From positions 192,001 to 256,000 of the forward strand of contig CAWJEN010000006.1 in assembly GCA_963841915.1 (NCBI GenBank): a DNA stretch of 64,000 nucleotides, read 5' to 3'. This document shows, in pieces, positions 43,676 through 54,064 of this stretch (its first letter is position 1; every line of letters starts with the position of its first letter). The notes under the pieces are model-generated. The model saw only the letters and a list, made by a program, of their open reading frames with translations. It made no database searches and was not told where the DNA came from. The position numbers and the translations under genes are program-made. The DNA is from an uncultured Planctomycetota bacterium (GTDB lineage: Bacteria > Planctomycetota > Phycisphaerae > Tepidisphaerales > Tepidisphaeraceae).

Positions 43676-44476
43676 ATGCCCACTACGAAACTCATCCCCC
43701 TGCTCGCCGCCACCGCCGCGGTTGCCGTATCTGCCCTGCCGTCGTCAGCCGCTGTTGTGCTGAGCGAAGACTTCGAAACCGATTTCGGAGTGTTCACAAA
43801 CAGGACGAGGAGCTTCCTCACCACGAACGGCGGTACTAACGCAAATGTTTCTGGAGCTGGTGCTCAATACGCTCGTATCAACGACAACCGCCCCGGCCCT
43901 GGTTTCCCCAATGCCGAGTCGGGATTACTAAGCACTAATCTCGACGGGACCGGCTTCTCTGAGCCAATCGAAGGATCCGTCTTCTCGATCGATTTCCTGT
44001 TCTACGAAGAGAGCATCGCCGGGCAGACAGATCCGATGTACGTACGAACCGGATCTTCTAACGCCAGCGGCAGTTCCGAAGTGGACGTTCGACTGGACGA
44101 TGGAACGATTTCTGCTTATCTCACATCAGATTCAGTCACGACATCGGCTGTGACCTACTCCTTGGGCGCCGCAAACAATCTTCGCATCGTTGCAAACGAT
44201 TCGACGGATGCTGTCGTCTACGACGGCGTCAACAGTCTCCTTCCCAACACCTACGACGTCTTCCTGACGAATTCTCTTGGTGTCACGGCGCTGGCACTGG
44301 ACAACGTTCCCTATCGGAGCACGCAGACCACCAACCTTTTTGCGTTCCAATCATTCTCCAACGACAGGCAAACGCTCATTGTCGACAACGTCTTGATTCA
44401 GACGGTCGTCCCCGAGCCGTCCTCGGTCGCGGCCCTGTCGCTGCTGAGCCTCGTCGGCCTGCGGCGTCGTCGCTGA
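43676..44476 (+). CDS. Secreted PEP-CTERM protein
   Basis: GAGGAG RBS, signal peptide, VPEPSS...LRRRR. Confidence 0.85.
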   Translation: MPTTKLIPLLAATAAVAVSALPSSAAVVLSEDFETDFGVFTNRTRSFLTTNGGTNANVSGAGAQYARINDNRPGPGFPNAESGLLSTNLDGTGFSEPIEGSVFSIDFLFYEESIAGQTDPMYVRTGSSNASGSSEVDVRLDDGTISAYLTSDSVTTSAVTYSLGAANNLRIVANDSTDAVVYDGVNSLLPNTYDVFLTNSLGVTALALDNVPYRSTQTTNLFAFQSFSNDRQTLIVDNVLIQTVVPEPSSVAALSLLSLVGLRRRR

Positions 44477-44522
44477 TCCTGACAACAATCCTCCGCCTGA
44501 ACGGCCTGAGTCGCAACGCGAC

Positions 44523-44915
44523 TCAGGCCTTTGTCGTTGATAACCGCTCACGCCGCATTGCGGTGACGATCAACGTCGCCCACCCCGCCATCAGCAACAG
44601 GCCACCGATGGGTGTGACCGCACCGAGCCGCCGCTGACCCGTGATCGCCAGCGCGTACAACGTGCCGGCGAAGATCACCGTGCCGACCGCAAACAGCCAC
44701 ACCGCCACGCCGCCGGCCTTGCCGAGGCGGTCGATGAAGCCGCACATCGCCAGAATGGCCAACGCGTGGTAGGCGTGATACCGGGCCCCGGTCTCGAAAA
44801 CCGCAATGAGATCCGGCTCGACGCGATCCTTCAGCACGTGTGCCCCAAATGTGCCCGCCGCGACGGCCGTGAGGCCGAGCGTGGCCGCAATGGTCAGTGT
44901 GGTGCGGAACTGCAT
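44523..44915 (-). CDS. DUF423 (YgdD/TMEM256) membrane protein
   Basis: GTFGAH, YHAYHA, IFAGTLY, VTPIGG. Confidence 0.85.
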   Translation of the reverse strand: MQFRTTLTIAATLGLTAVAAGTFGAHVLKDRVEPDLIAVFETGARYHAYHALAILAMCGFIDRLGKAGGVAVWLFAVGTVIFAGTLYALAITGQRRLGAVTPIGGLLLMAGWATLIVTAMRRERLSTTKA

Positions 44916-45874
44916 CAGACGGCCGCGTGGCTGTGTACTTGCTGCTCGGCGTGGTAGCTCGATCGCACCAGCGGGCCGCTCTCGACGTGCCGCAGGCCCT
45001 TGGCCTCGCCGCGATACTTCCACTCGGCGAACTCGTCGGGGTGAACCCAGCGGTCGACCGGCAGATGTCGTTGCGTCGGTTGCAGGTACTGGCCCAGCGT
45101 GAGGATGTCGCAGCCGATGCTGACGAGGTCGTCGATGACGAGGTCGACCTCGTGCTCCTCTTCGCCGATGCCGAGCATCAGGCCGGTTTTCGTCAGCATG
45201 CCTTGCTGCTTGCACCGCTGCAGCAGATCGAGGCTGCGGCGGTACTTGGCCTGCGGGCGAACCTTGTAGTAGATCCGCGGAACGCTCTCGAGGTTGTGGT
45301 TCAGGATGTCCGGGGCGGCATTGATGACGAGTTGCAAGGCGTCCCAGTTGCCCTCGAAGTCGGGGATCAGCACCTCGACGCTCGTGCCCGGCGACTGCTT
45401 CCGGATCTCATTGATCGTGTCGGCCCAGACCTGTGCCCCGCCGTCGGGCAGTTCGTCACGGTTGACGCTCGTGATGACGGCGTGGCCGAGGCCCATCGTG
45501 GCCACCGCGTCGCCGACGCGTCGTGGCTCGTCGGGGTCGTTCCACGTCGGCCGACCAGTCTTGATGTTGCAGAAGCCGCAGGCGCGGGTGCAGGTGTCGC
45601 CCAGGATCATCAGTGTCGCCGTGCCGCCACCCGAAGCGTTCCAGCATTCGCCGATGTTGGGGCACTTGGCCTCTTCGCAGACGGTGTGCAGGTTCTGCTC
45701 GCGGACGAGCTGCTTGAGCCGCCCATACCCCTTGCCGGCGGGCATTTTCATCTTGAGCCACGAGGGCTTGCGGCCGTTGAGCAGCGACCGCTCGGCCACA
45801 CCCATTCCACCCGCCGCCCCGCCACATGCGGGTCCGGTCGGCTTCTCATCAACGACGGTCAGGGCAAGCTTCAT
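44915..45874 (-). CDS. lipA: Lipoyl synthase
   Basis: [27 protein letters not shown]. Confidence 0.96.
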   Translation of the reverse strand: MKLALTVVDEKPTGPACGGAAGGMGVAERSLLNGRKPSWLKMKMPAGKGYGRLKQLVREQNLHTVCEEAKCPNIGECWNASGGGTATLMILGDTCTRACGFCNIKTGRPTWNDPDEPRRVGDAVATMGLGHAVITSVNRDELPDGGAQVWADTINEIRKQSPGTSVEVLIPDFEGNWDALQLVINAAPDILNHNLESVPRIYYKVRPQAKYRRSLDLLQRCKQQGMLTKTGLMLGIGEEEHEVDLVIDDLVSIGCDILTLGQYLQPTQRHLPVDRWVHPDEFAEWKYRGEAKGLRHVESGPLVRSSYHAEQQVHSHAAV

Positions 45875-45928
45875 CGGCACAAGAGTCTACGAGTCGCCGC
45901 AGCCGTGAGTTTCGCGATAAGGTGCGAC

Positions 45929-46654
45929 ATGCCGCAAATCCCGCTCGGTCCTGGTCACGAACCTGCCACGCTCCACTGGATGCCGGTCGAGGGTGCGAAG
46001 GACGCCGTCGTCGTCCTGCCCGGCGGCGGGTACTCGTTCTGCAGCGACCGAGAGGCCGAGAACGTCGGCGCCTGGCTCAACGGCCTTGGCCTCTCGGCGT
46101 CCATCCTGCGTTATCGCGTCGCGCCGCACCGCCAGCCGGCACCACTCGAGGACGCCCTCGAAGCCGTCCGCCAAACACGTGCCCACGACGGTGTCGACCG
46201 GGTCGGCGTCATCGGCTTCTCCGCCGGCGGTCACCTTGCCGGCTGGACGTCGTGCGTCGGCACCGGTGACGCCCGGCCTGACGTGGCCTTGCTCTGCTAC
46301 CCCGTCGTCTCTCTCCAGCCGCCCTACGCCCACGGTGGCTCTCGCGACAACCTCCTCGGCAAAGACGCCCACGAAGAACCCATCAAGAACCTGTCGCTCG
46401 AGACGATGCTCCACGCCGAGGTGCCGCCGATGTTCCTGTGGCACACCACCGAGGACAAACCGGTGCCGTCACAGAACTCGATGCTGATCGCGATGAAGCT
46501 GGCCGACTTCAACGTGCCGTACGAGTTGCACATCTACGAACGCGGCAAACACGGCCTGGGCCTACTCGATGATGACGACACCGCACCACGCGAGGTCGCC
46601 AGCTGGATGGACCACGCCGCCGAGTTTTTGAGGCGACGCGGGTTCGGCTCCTGA
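45929..46654 (+). CDS. Alpha/beta hydrolase (esterase)
   Basis: PGGGY, GFSAGG, D..V, G.HG catalytic motifs. Confidence 0.88.
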   Translation: MPQIPLGPGHEPATLHWMPVEGAKDAVVVLPGGGYSFCSDREAENVGAWLNGLGLSASILRYRVAPHRQPAPLEDALEAVRQTRAHDGVDRVGVIGFSAGGHLAGWTSCVGTGDARPDVALLCYPVVSLQPPYAHGGSRDNLLGKDAHEEPIKNLSLETMLHAEVPPMFLWHTTEDKPVPSQNSMLIAMKLADFNVPYELHIYERGKHGLGLLDDDDTAPREVASWMDHAAEFLRRRGFGS

Positions 46655-46659
46655 ATGGT

Positions 46660-47490
46660 TCAGAAGGCTGCTGAATCCGCTTCATGGTCCGGACACGCGT
46701 CTTTTGCACCGGGCTCCGTGCAGAGGCGGACAACGGTCCCGCCGTAGGCGTCTTTGCAGCGGACGCAGACTTCGCTCGGCCCGCCGCTGGCGACGACCTT
46801 GCCGTGTCGCATGACGCTGATGTCGTCGGCACAGACCATCGCCTCGCGTGGGTCGTGTGTGACCATCAGCACCGCCACGCCTGCCGACCGAAGCACGTCG
46901 AGCGTGTCGTCTCGAACGCGGTCGCGCAGCGTCTGGTCGAGGCCGCTGAACGGCTCATCGAGGAGCATCACCTTCGGGTCGCGGGCCAAAGCGCGGGCGA
47001 GGGCGACGCGTTGCTGCTGGCCGCCTGAGAGCGTGTGCGGCATCGCCTTGGCGTAGCCGCTCATGCCGACGCGGGCGAGCAGGACGTCTGCCGCGGCAAC
47101 GTTGTCACGCCTCCTGCCGTTCATGCCGAACGTCACGTTTTTCCGCACGTTGAGGTGTGGGAACAGGGCGTAATCCTGGAAGACGAAGCCGACGGGCCGA
47201 TGCTCGGGCGGCATGAAGTGTCGGCCGGCCACGCACTGACCGTTGATCGTGATGCAGCCGCTCGAGGGCCTTTCGAAGCCGGCGACGAGTCGCAGCAGCG
47301 TTGTCTTGCCGCTGCCCGAGTCGCCGAGCAGGCAATGGACGCGACCGGGTGTGAGTTCGAGGTCGACGCCGTCGACGACAACCGGCCCGCGGCTGTAGCT
47401 GTGGCGGAGCTGCTTGACGCGAACCACCGGCTCACGATCAAGTCGTTGCCCGCGACGCAGCTGAACGAGTTTGGGCGGCGGGACGGTCAT
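46660..47490 (-). CDS. Fe3+ ABC transporter ATP-binding subunit (FbpC-like)
   Basis: GDSGSGKT, FQDYALFPH, LSGGQQQR, LLDEPF. Confidence 0.88.
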   Translation of the reverse strand: MTVPPPKLVQLRRGQRLDREPVVRVKQLRHSYSRGPVVVDGVDLELTPGRVHCLLGDSGSGKTTLLRLVAGFERPSSGCITINGQCVAGRHFMPPEHRPVGFVFQDYALFPHLNVRKNVTFGMNGRRRDNVAAADVLLARVGMSGYAKAMPHTLSGGQQQRVALARALARDPKVMLLDEPFSGLDQTLRDRVRDDTLDVLRSAGVAVLMVTHDPREAMVCADDISVMRHGKVVASGGPSEVCVRCKDAYGGTVVRLCTEPGAKDACPDHEADSAAF

Positions 47491-47545
47491 ACGACGGTCA
47501 CCACGTTAGCAGCTTGAACCTGCCCGTTGCGACGGAGTGTCAACA

Positions 47546-49223
47546 TCAACGCGTCGGGTCGGCCGGTTGCACGACTGCCGGCTTGCGGCGGCCGGTCGCG
47601 TCCAGCAGCGTCGACAGCACCACCACTGGCACCAGCCCGACCGCCATGATGGCCAAGGCTCCGAAGCTCGCCTCTTCGAGCCGTTCGTCGCCCGCCAGCT
47701 GGTGGACGCGAACCGCAAGCGTGTCGAAATCGAACGGCCGCAACATCAGCGTCGCCGGTAGTTCCTTGGCCACGTCGACGAAGACCAGCAGCATTGCCGC
47801 CAGCACGCTCGCCCGCAGCATCGGCACGTGGACCCGCACGAGCAACCGCAGCCCGCTTGTGCCGAGGCTGCGGGCCGCGTCGTCGACGCTGGGCTTGATC
47901 CGAGTCAGCCCGCCTTCGACCATCGCCAATGCGACCCCGAGAAAGCGAGTCTGGTAGCCGATGACGACGGCCACGATGCTGCCTGTCAGCACGAGGCCCG
48001 GCGTCCAATCGAACCATGCCCGCGTCATGTCGTTCATCCGAAAATCCAGCCACGCCAGCGGCGTCAGCAGGCCCAACGCGATCACCGTGCCCGGCACCGC
48101 GTAACCGACGCCCGCAACGCGTCCGGCGAGCTTCGTCGACAGTCGCCGCGACATGCGGCGGCCGTAGGCGACGACGCAGCGCCAGTGCTGTCGCGATGAC
48201 GCACGCGATGGCGGCGAGCGTCACGGTGTTGCGGCCGAACGTCGTAGCGACCTCGACGGCTCGGGCGTCGCCGACCGTGAGCGCCATGTGCGTGAACAGG
48301 CCGGCCGGGATACCAAAGCCGATCAGCACCGGAATCAGGCAGACAACGACGCAGGCGACAGCCGCCAGCGGACCGACGTCGAATCGCGGCGGCACCGGGT
48401 GACGGCCGCCGACCGCGTGGTGCCTGCCGCCTCGTCGGGCCAGCTTCTCGACGGCCACAAGCACTACGACCACCGTCAGCAGCATCGTCGCCAGCCCTGC
48501 GGCAGCGCCGGGTGCTTCGTAGTCACGCCACGCTCGGAAGACGCCGGTGGCAAAGGTGTCAAAGCCGCAGTAGTCGGCAACGCCGAAGTCGGCCAGCGTT
48601 TCCATGACGACCAGCGTCGCCCCGGCCGCAACGGGTGGCCGGGCCAGCGGCAGGGCCACGCGAAAGAACGACGGCCAGGGCCCGCGACCCAGCGATCGTC
48701 CGACCTCCATGGCCGCCCCGGCGTGTTCATGAAAGGCCGTACGGGCGGCGAGGTAGACGTACGGATAAAGAGAAAAGCCCAGCAGCACCGCCGCCCCGCC
48801 GACCGAGTCGATCGGCGGGAACCAGTAGTCTCGGCGGCCCCAGTCGAATGTCTCACGCAGCAGCGTCTGCACCGGACCCGTAAAGCGGAGCAGATCGACG
48901 TACGCGTAGGCCGACACGTACGCCGGCACCGCCAGCGGCAGGAGCAACGCCCACCGAAGCGTGCGCCTGCCCGGAAAATTGCAGGTCGTCACAAGCCAGG
49001 CCGTTGCGACTCCGACGACGACGGCAATGGCCACGACGCCGACGGCAAGCAAAGCCGTGTTGAGTGCGTAGTCGCTCAGCCGCGTCTCGACAAGGTGCGG
49101 CCACTCCGGGGATGCCACACCGCCGACGGCCTCGATCAGGACCGTCACGATCGGCACCGCGACCAAGGCAGACACGGCAACGCACGCGATCGGCCAAGGG
49201 TTGAAGGAGCGGAGACGTGGCAC
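47546..49223 (-). CDS. Fe3+ ABC transporter permease (FbpB-like), +1 frameshift at ~48176
   Basis: LPLAVPAYV, METLADFG, GYAVPGTV, KELPATL split over two frames. Confidence 0.88.
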
Positions 49224-49284
49224 AGTGCTGCAGTGTTGTCACGTCTCAGTAGAAGTCGCCGCTCCAGCGAAGGCCGCGTGTTGC

Positions 49285-50293
49285 TTATCTCCAGCCGGCG
49301 CGATCCATAATGCGAACGGCTTCCTTGTTGTTGTCGCCCAGCTCTGCCGCGTTGAGCGCATCTTCCTTGAAATCGCCGAAGTTTTTCAAGACGTCCGGCA
49401 GCTCGACGCCGTCGACGACCGGGTACTCGTAGTTGTCGACGGCATAGATCGCCTGCGCTTCGGGAGTCGCCAGGAACTCCAGCAACTTCACGGCGTTTTC
49501 GCGGTTGGGCGCATGCTTGGCGATTCCGGCACCACTGACGTTGACGTGCGCGCCGCGGCCATCCTGGTTCGGGAAGATCAGCTTGAGCTTCGAGGCCGCC
49601 TCGCGGTCGCCGGCGTCATCGCCGTCGAGCATGCGGGCGAAGTAGTAGTGGTTCGAGATGGCGATTTCGCCCTCACCGGCCGCAACGCCGCGAATCTGGT
49701 CGCGGTCACCGCCGCGTGGGGCACGGGCCAGATTTTCGACGACGCCCTCACACCACGCCGTTGCCGCGTCGACGCCGTCGTTGGCGATCAGGCTGGCGAC
49801 GAGGCTCTGGTTGTAGATGTTCGAGCTCGACCGCACGAGCAGCCCACCCTCGGGCTTGTCGCCGGCAAGGTCCTCGTACGTCTTGATCAGGCCGTCCGGC
49901 AGGTCGGGCGAGACGATGATCACACGCACCCGCTTGCTGAAGCCGTACCAAAGTCCCTCAGGATGTCGCAGGTTCTGGGGAATAACGCCCAAAGCTTCGC
50001 TTGCGAACGGCTGCAGCACGTCGGCCTCGACTGCTTTGTGCAGACGGCCGGCGTCGACCGCAATGAACACGTCGGCCGGGCTCAGTTCGCCTTCCCGCGT
50101 CATCCGCTCGAGCAACTGGTCGGCGTCGCCTTCGATGCGATTGACGGCGATGCCCGTCTTCTCGAGTGAACAGCTCGTACATCGCGTCGTCGGTGTCGTA
50201 GTGCCGAGACGTGTAGACGTTCACCTCTCCCGCCGCAGCGGCAGAGCCAGCGACGGCGAGGAGTCCGGCAAGACAGTGGAGAACCTTGAACAT
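49285..50293 (-). CDS. Fe3+ ABC transporter substrate-binding protein (FutA/FbpA-like), +1 frameshift at ~50164
   Basis: Signal peptide, VNVYTSRHY, SPADVF, NIYNQSL, NHYY, HVNVSG. Confidence 0.9.
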
Positions 50294-50316
50294 GATCCCG
50301 CCACTGTAGCGCGTTG

Positions 50317-50335
50317 GTTGATCCTGAGTCTCAAC
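50317..50335. promoter_or_regulatory. Putative Fur-box-like operator
   Basis: GTTGA-TCCTGAGTC-TCAAC 19-bp inverted repeat, about 24 nt upstream of the Fe3+ binding-protein start. Confidence 0.5.
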
Positions 50336-50389
50336 AACGCGATGCAGCAGGAACCGACGCGTGGGGGCAGTTCCCGCTACCATGCCGCG

Positions 50390-50677
50390 GTGCCCGATCC
50401 ATCCCCAGAGCCACCCACAGAAGACTTCGTCGCCCGCTACCGTCGCGAGGAGCGCGACACCAAGATGCGACAAAGCGCAACGGGTGTCGGCATCGAGTTC
50501 GCCACCACCGTCGCCATGACCTGCCTGCTCGGCTGGGGCTTTGACGCCTGGCGGGACACGTCGCCGATCGGCCTGTTGGTCGGCCTGTTCGTCGGGCTCG
50601 GGGTGGCCTTCTACCGCCTCGTCCTCGTCGCCAACGGCATGACGAAGGCCAACATCAAGAAGAAAGGCGATGCGTGA
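50390..50677 (+). CDS. AtpZ/AtpI-family protein
   Basis: GIEFA...LGWGFDAW..TSPIGLLVG pattern; first gene of the atp cluster; start uncertain. Confidence 0.75.
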   Translation: MPDPSPEPPTEDFVARYRREERDTKMRQSATGVGIEFATTVAMTCLLGWGFDAWRDTSPIGLLVGLFVGLGVAFYRLVLVANGMTKANIKKKGDA

Positions 50678-51120
50678 CCCCGAGCGGCCCCGCCTCGGTC
50701 TATCGGCCGACGATTCTGACGCTCGTGCTCGCAGTCACCGTGCTGGCTGGGGTGGTGGCGTTGTTCGGGCGTGACGGCTGGTGGCAGGCTTTTGCCGCGG
50801 CGTCAGTGGCAGCGATTGTCGCAACGGCCGTGACGTTGCCGTTGCTGGCAAGCTCGCTACGGTTGCCGCCCGACCTGGCCGGCCCGCGTGTGCTGGCGGT
50901 CGGGATGCTGCGGGCGATGGTCACGTTGGGCGTGGCCGGGGCCGCCGTTCTGGTCGCCGAGACGCCGATGCGTCCGACGGCCTTGATGGCAGTCGGCCTC
51001 TACTTCGCCCTGCTCACCGCCGAGACGCTCGCCGCTAGCCGCGTCGTCGCCACCCAGCCGCCTCCCACTTTGCCCGACGCTTCGTCCAACAGCGACGCTT
51101 CCCCCGAACCGCAAGCCTGA
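50674..51120 (+). CDS. AtpI-like membrane protein
   Basis: About four TM segments; translationally coupled to atpB. Confidence 0.6.
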   Translation: MTPSGPASVYRPTILTLVLAVTVLAGVVALFGRDGWWQAFAAASVAAIVATAVTLPLLASSLRLPPDLAGPRVLAVGMLRAMVTLGVAGAAVLVAETPMRPTALMAVGLYFALLTAETLAASRVVATQPPPTLPDASSNSDASPEPQA

Positions 51121-52049
51121 TGATGAGCCTGCCAATCCTGCTACCTCTGGCGGCCGACAACCCGCTGACGCACGTCGTTGACCACGTCCGCTGGGCCACC
51201 GACGGCGGCTTGGCGCTCGTGACGAACCACATGATCATGATGGTCATCGCGGCCGTCATCATGCTGCTGGTTCTGCCGATCGTCACCCGCAAGTACCAGT
51301 CGGGCGACATCGTCCTCACCGGTAAGGGTGCCAACTTCCTCGAGGCGATGATGCTCTTCGTCCGTGACGAGGTGGCCAAGCCCGTCCTCGGGCACGACAC
51401 GCACAAGTACATCGGCTTCCTCTGGACGCTGTTCTTCTTCATCCTGACCTGCAACCTGCTGGGCCTGCTGCCGCTCGACGCGCTGCAGGCACCGCTGACC
51501 CGCACCGGCTACTACCCGATCTACGGCACCGCCACCGCCAACATCGCCGTGACGGCCGTTCTGGCGAGCTTCGCCTTCATCTACTGGAACCTGGCCGGCC
51601 TCAAGGCGACCGGCATCGGCCCGTGGGCCGCCCACTTCACCGGCGGCGCTCCGTGGTACATGTGGCCGATCATGATCCCGGTCGAGATCCTGGGCCTCTT
51701 CGTCAAGCCCTTCGCCCTGGCCATCCGCCTGTTCGCCAACATGACCGCCGGTCACGTGCTGGTGGCGGTGCTGGTCAGCTTCACGCTCGACGGCTTCAAC
51801 GCCGGCGGCATCGGTGCTGCCATCGGCCTGGGCGTACCGGTCGTCCTGGGCACGGTCGCCATCATGCTGCTGGAGCTGTTCGTCGCCTTCCTGCAGGCGT
51901 ACATCTTCACGTTCCTGACCTGCGTCTTCATCGGCCAGCTCGTCAGCCACCACGGCGAAGACCACCACGCCGAGCATGATGCCGACCACACCCGCAACAT
52001 GGAAGCCAACAGCATGCCCGAGCACGCCATCGGCGCCGGCGCGGTGTGA
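51120..52049 (+). CDS. atpB: F0F1 ATP synthase subunit a
   Basis: KPFALAIRLFANMTAGH, LQAYIF. Confidence 0.95.
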   Translation: MMSLPILLPLAADNPLTHVVDHVRWATDGGLALVTNHMIMMVIAAVIMLLVLPIVTRKYQSGDIVLTGKGANFLEAMMLFVRDEVAKPVLGHDTHKYIGFLWTLFFFILTCNLLGLLPLDALQAPLTRTGYYPIYGTATANIAVTAVLASFAFIYWNLAGLKATGIGPWAAHFTGGAPWYMWPIMIPVEILGLFVKPFALAIRLFANMTAGHVLVAVLVSFTLDGFNAGGIGAAIGLGVPVVLGTVAIMLLELFVAFLQAYIFTFLTCVFIGQLVSHHGEDHHAEHDADHTRNMEANSMPEHAIGAGAV

Positions 52050-52240
52050 GACGCAGTCTGCGGTGTAAGACACAATTTTCGGCTCTGACGCACGCGGTGC
52101 GGGTTGGCGTCCATGAGGGATTAGTCCGTGAGCCATCTTCAGGCCCGACCGCACCGGGCCGGGGTCCGATCGACCCGCTTCACCGAAAGCAACGATCGCG
52201 GGACGTCGCCACCCGACAAGCGACACCACACCCACACACC

Positions 52241-52591
52241 ATGAACATCAAGAAGCACCTCCTGGTTGCCTTGGCCGTCGCCTTCGGCGCGATTCTCTTC
52301 ACCGCCGACACCGCTAGCGCTCAGGCGTTGACGGCCGAGCAGCAGATCGAAGTCGCCGAGGCCACCGCGGCCTTCGGCAGCAACGGTCTGGCCGCCCTGG
52401 GCAAGGCCATCGGCCTTGGCCTCATCATCATCGGTGCCGGTAAGGGCATCGGCATGATCGGCAGCCACAGCGTCGACGCCACCGCCCGTCAGCCCGAGGC
52501 CGCCGGCAACATCTTCCAGAGCAGCATCATCCTGGCCGCCCTCATCGAAGGTGCGACGCTGTTCGCCATCGTCGTCGTGCTGATCGCCTGA
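52241..52591 (+). CDS. atpE: F0F1 ATP synthase subunit c with N-terminal signal-like extension
   Basis: GAGKGIG, ARQPE, AALIEG. Confidence 0.92.
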   Translation: MNIKKHLLVALAVAFGAILFTADTASAQALTAEQQIEVAEATAAFGSNGLAALGKAIGLGLIIIGAGKGIGMIGSHSVDATARQPEAAGNIFQSSIILAALIEGATLFAIVVVLIA

Positions 52592-52691
52592 GCGATCACG
52601 CCACGCCCGAACTGTCACGCCCCGCGTGTGACAACCGCCCGGCGGGGGCGTAACTTTCCCCGCCCGGCTTTACTCGCTACTGCACCACCTC

Positions 52692-53380
52692 ATGACCGTC
52701 GCCCGCCCCAGCCGCTTCATCGTCGCCGTCGCCCTCCTGAGCGTGCCGCTCCTGTCCGCGCTGGCCTCGGCAGCGGAGACCGCTCACTCAGACGACACCC
52801 ATGTCGTTGCTGCCGACGGTCACGGCGACAACGGACACGGCGACGCAGGACACGGCGATCCGAGCGTCATCCCGCCGCTGTCGCCGCCGCCTTCATCCCG
52901 GCGCTGACAACGCTGCTCATCTTCGGCGGCCTCGTGCTCGTCCTGGGCAAGACCGCCTGGGGCCCGGTCGCAGCCGGCCTGCAGAAGCGTGAAGACAAGA
53001 TCCGCGGCGACGTCGAAGCCGCCGAGGCCGCCCGTCGCGAGGCCGAGGAAGCCCGCGAGCAGTACCGCCAGGAGATGGCCGGTGCCGAGGCACGTGTTCG
53101 TGACCTGATGGCCCAGGCTCAGGCTGATGGCCAGCAGCTGGCGACCCGCATCAAGATGCAGGCCCAGGAAGACTCCGAAGAGATCAAGGAGCGGGCCAAC
53201 CGCGAAATCGAGCAGACGCGTCGCGACGCGATCGAAGACGTCCGCCGCGAAGCCGCCGTGCTGGCGACGGCCGTTGCCGAGAAGATTCTGCGTCGCGAAA
53301 TCACCGCTGAGGACCAGCAGGCCCTTGTCGACGCCAGTCTCGACGAGCTCGAGAAGAACCGTGAGACGGTGGATGCATGA
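52692..53380 (+). CDS. atpF: F0F1 ATP synthase subunit b, frameshift at ~52882
   Basis: AWGPV..GLQKREDKI and coiled coil; N-terminal signal plus His-rich segment is in another frame. Confidence 0.88.
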
Positions 53381-53465
53381 GGGTGAAGAGCAGGAGGAGG
53401 CGACGCGTCGCCACTCCCGACTTTTGCCTCGTCATTCGAACCTCACTCCTCTTTCCTGATTTGTC

Positions 53466-54005
53466 ATGATCCAGCAGCCCACGCCCGAAGCCCACGCCTA
53501 CGCCGCCGCCCTTGCGGAGCTGGCCGAGGAGAACAACGCCGTCGAGCCCGTCGCCAACGACGCCGGCGCGTTGCGCGAGGCCCTGTCGGACAATCCCGAG
53601 TTCGCCGACTTCCTGAAGAACCCGTCGATCGAGGAAAGCGAAAAGCAGACCGTCCTCGACAACGCCCTTTCCGACGCTCACCAGCTTGTCAAGAACTTCG
53701 TCGGCCTGATGAACTCGCGTGGCCGTCTCGGCATCCTGCCTGAGACGCTCGAAGCCTTCGAAGTCCTTCTCGACGAGAAGCTCGGCAAGGTCGAAGCCGA
53801 CCTGACGGTCGCCCAGAAACTCGACGACGACGCCCTCGAACGCGTCCGCAGCCGCGTCGGCAAAGCCTTCGGCCGCGACGCCGTCGTTCACCAGTACGTC
53901 GACCCCGAAATCATCGGCGGCCTCGTCCTCAAGGTCGGTGACCAGGTCATCGACGCCAGCGTCCGACGCCAGCTCGAAGCGATGCGCGAACGCCTGCTGA
54001 AGTAG
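53466..54005 (+). CDS. atpH: F0F1 ATP synthase subunit delta
   Basis: [19 protein letters not shown]. Confidence 0.93.
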   Translation: MIQQPTPEAHAYAAALAELAEENNAVEPVANDAGALREALSDNPEFADFLKNPSIEESEKQTVLDNALSDAHQLVKNFVGLMNSRGRLGILPETLEAFEVLLDEKLGKVEADLTVAQKLDDDALERVRSRVGKAFGRDAVVHQYVDPEIIGGLVLKVGDQVIDASVRRQLEAMRERLLK

Positions 54006-54064
54006 TTTCCGCTTTCTTTCGCCGCACCGCCTGTCACCGACTCCGCTCCGCCCCCACCCAGATC

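Noticed and set aside
52050..52240. Structured atpB-atpE intercistronic region as an ncRNA
   Set aside because: Pairing potential exists (CGGTGCGG/CCGCACCG) but is unremarkable at this GC content, with no independent support
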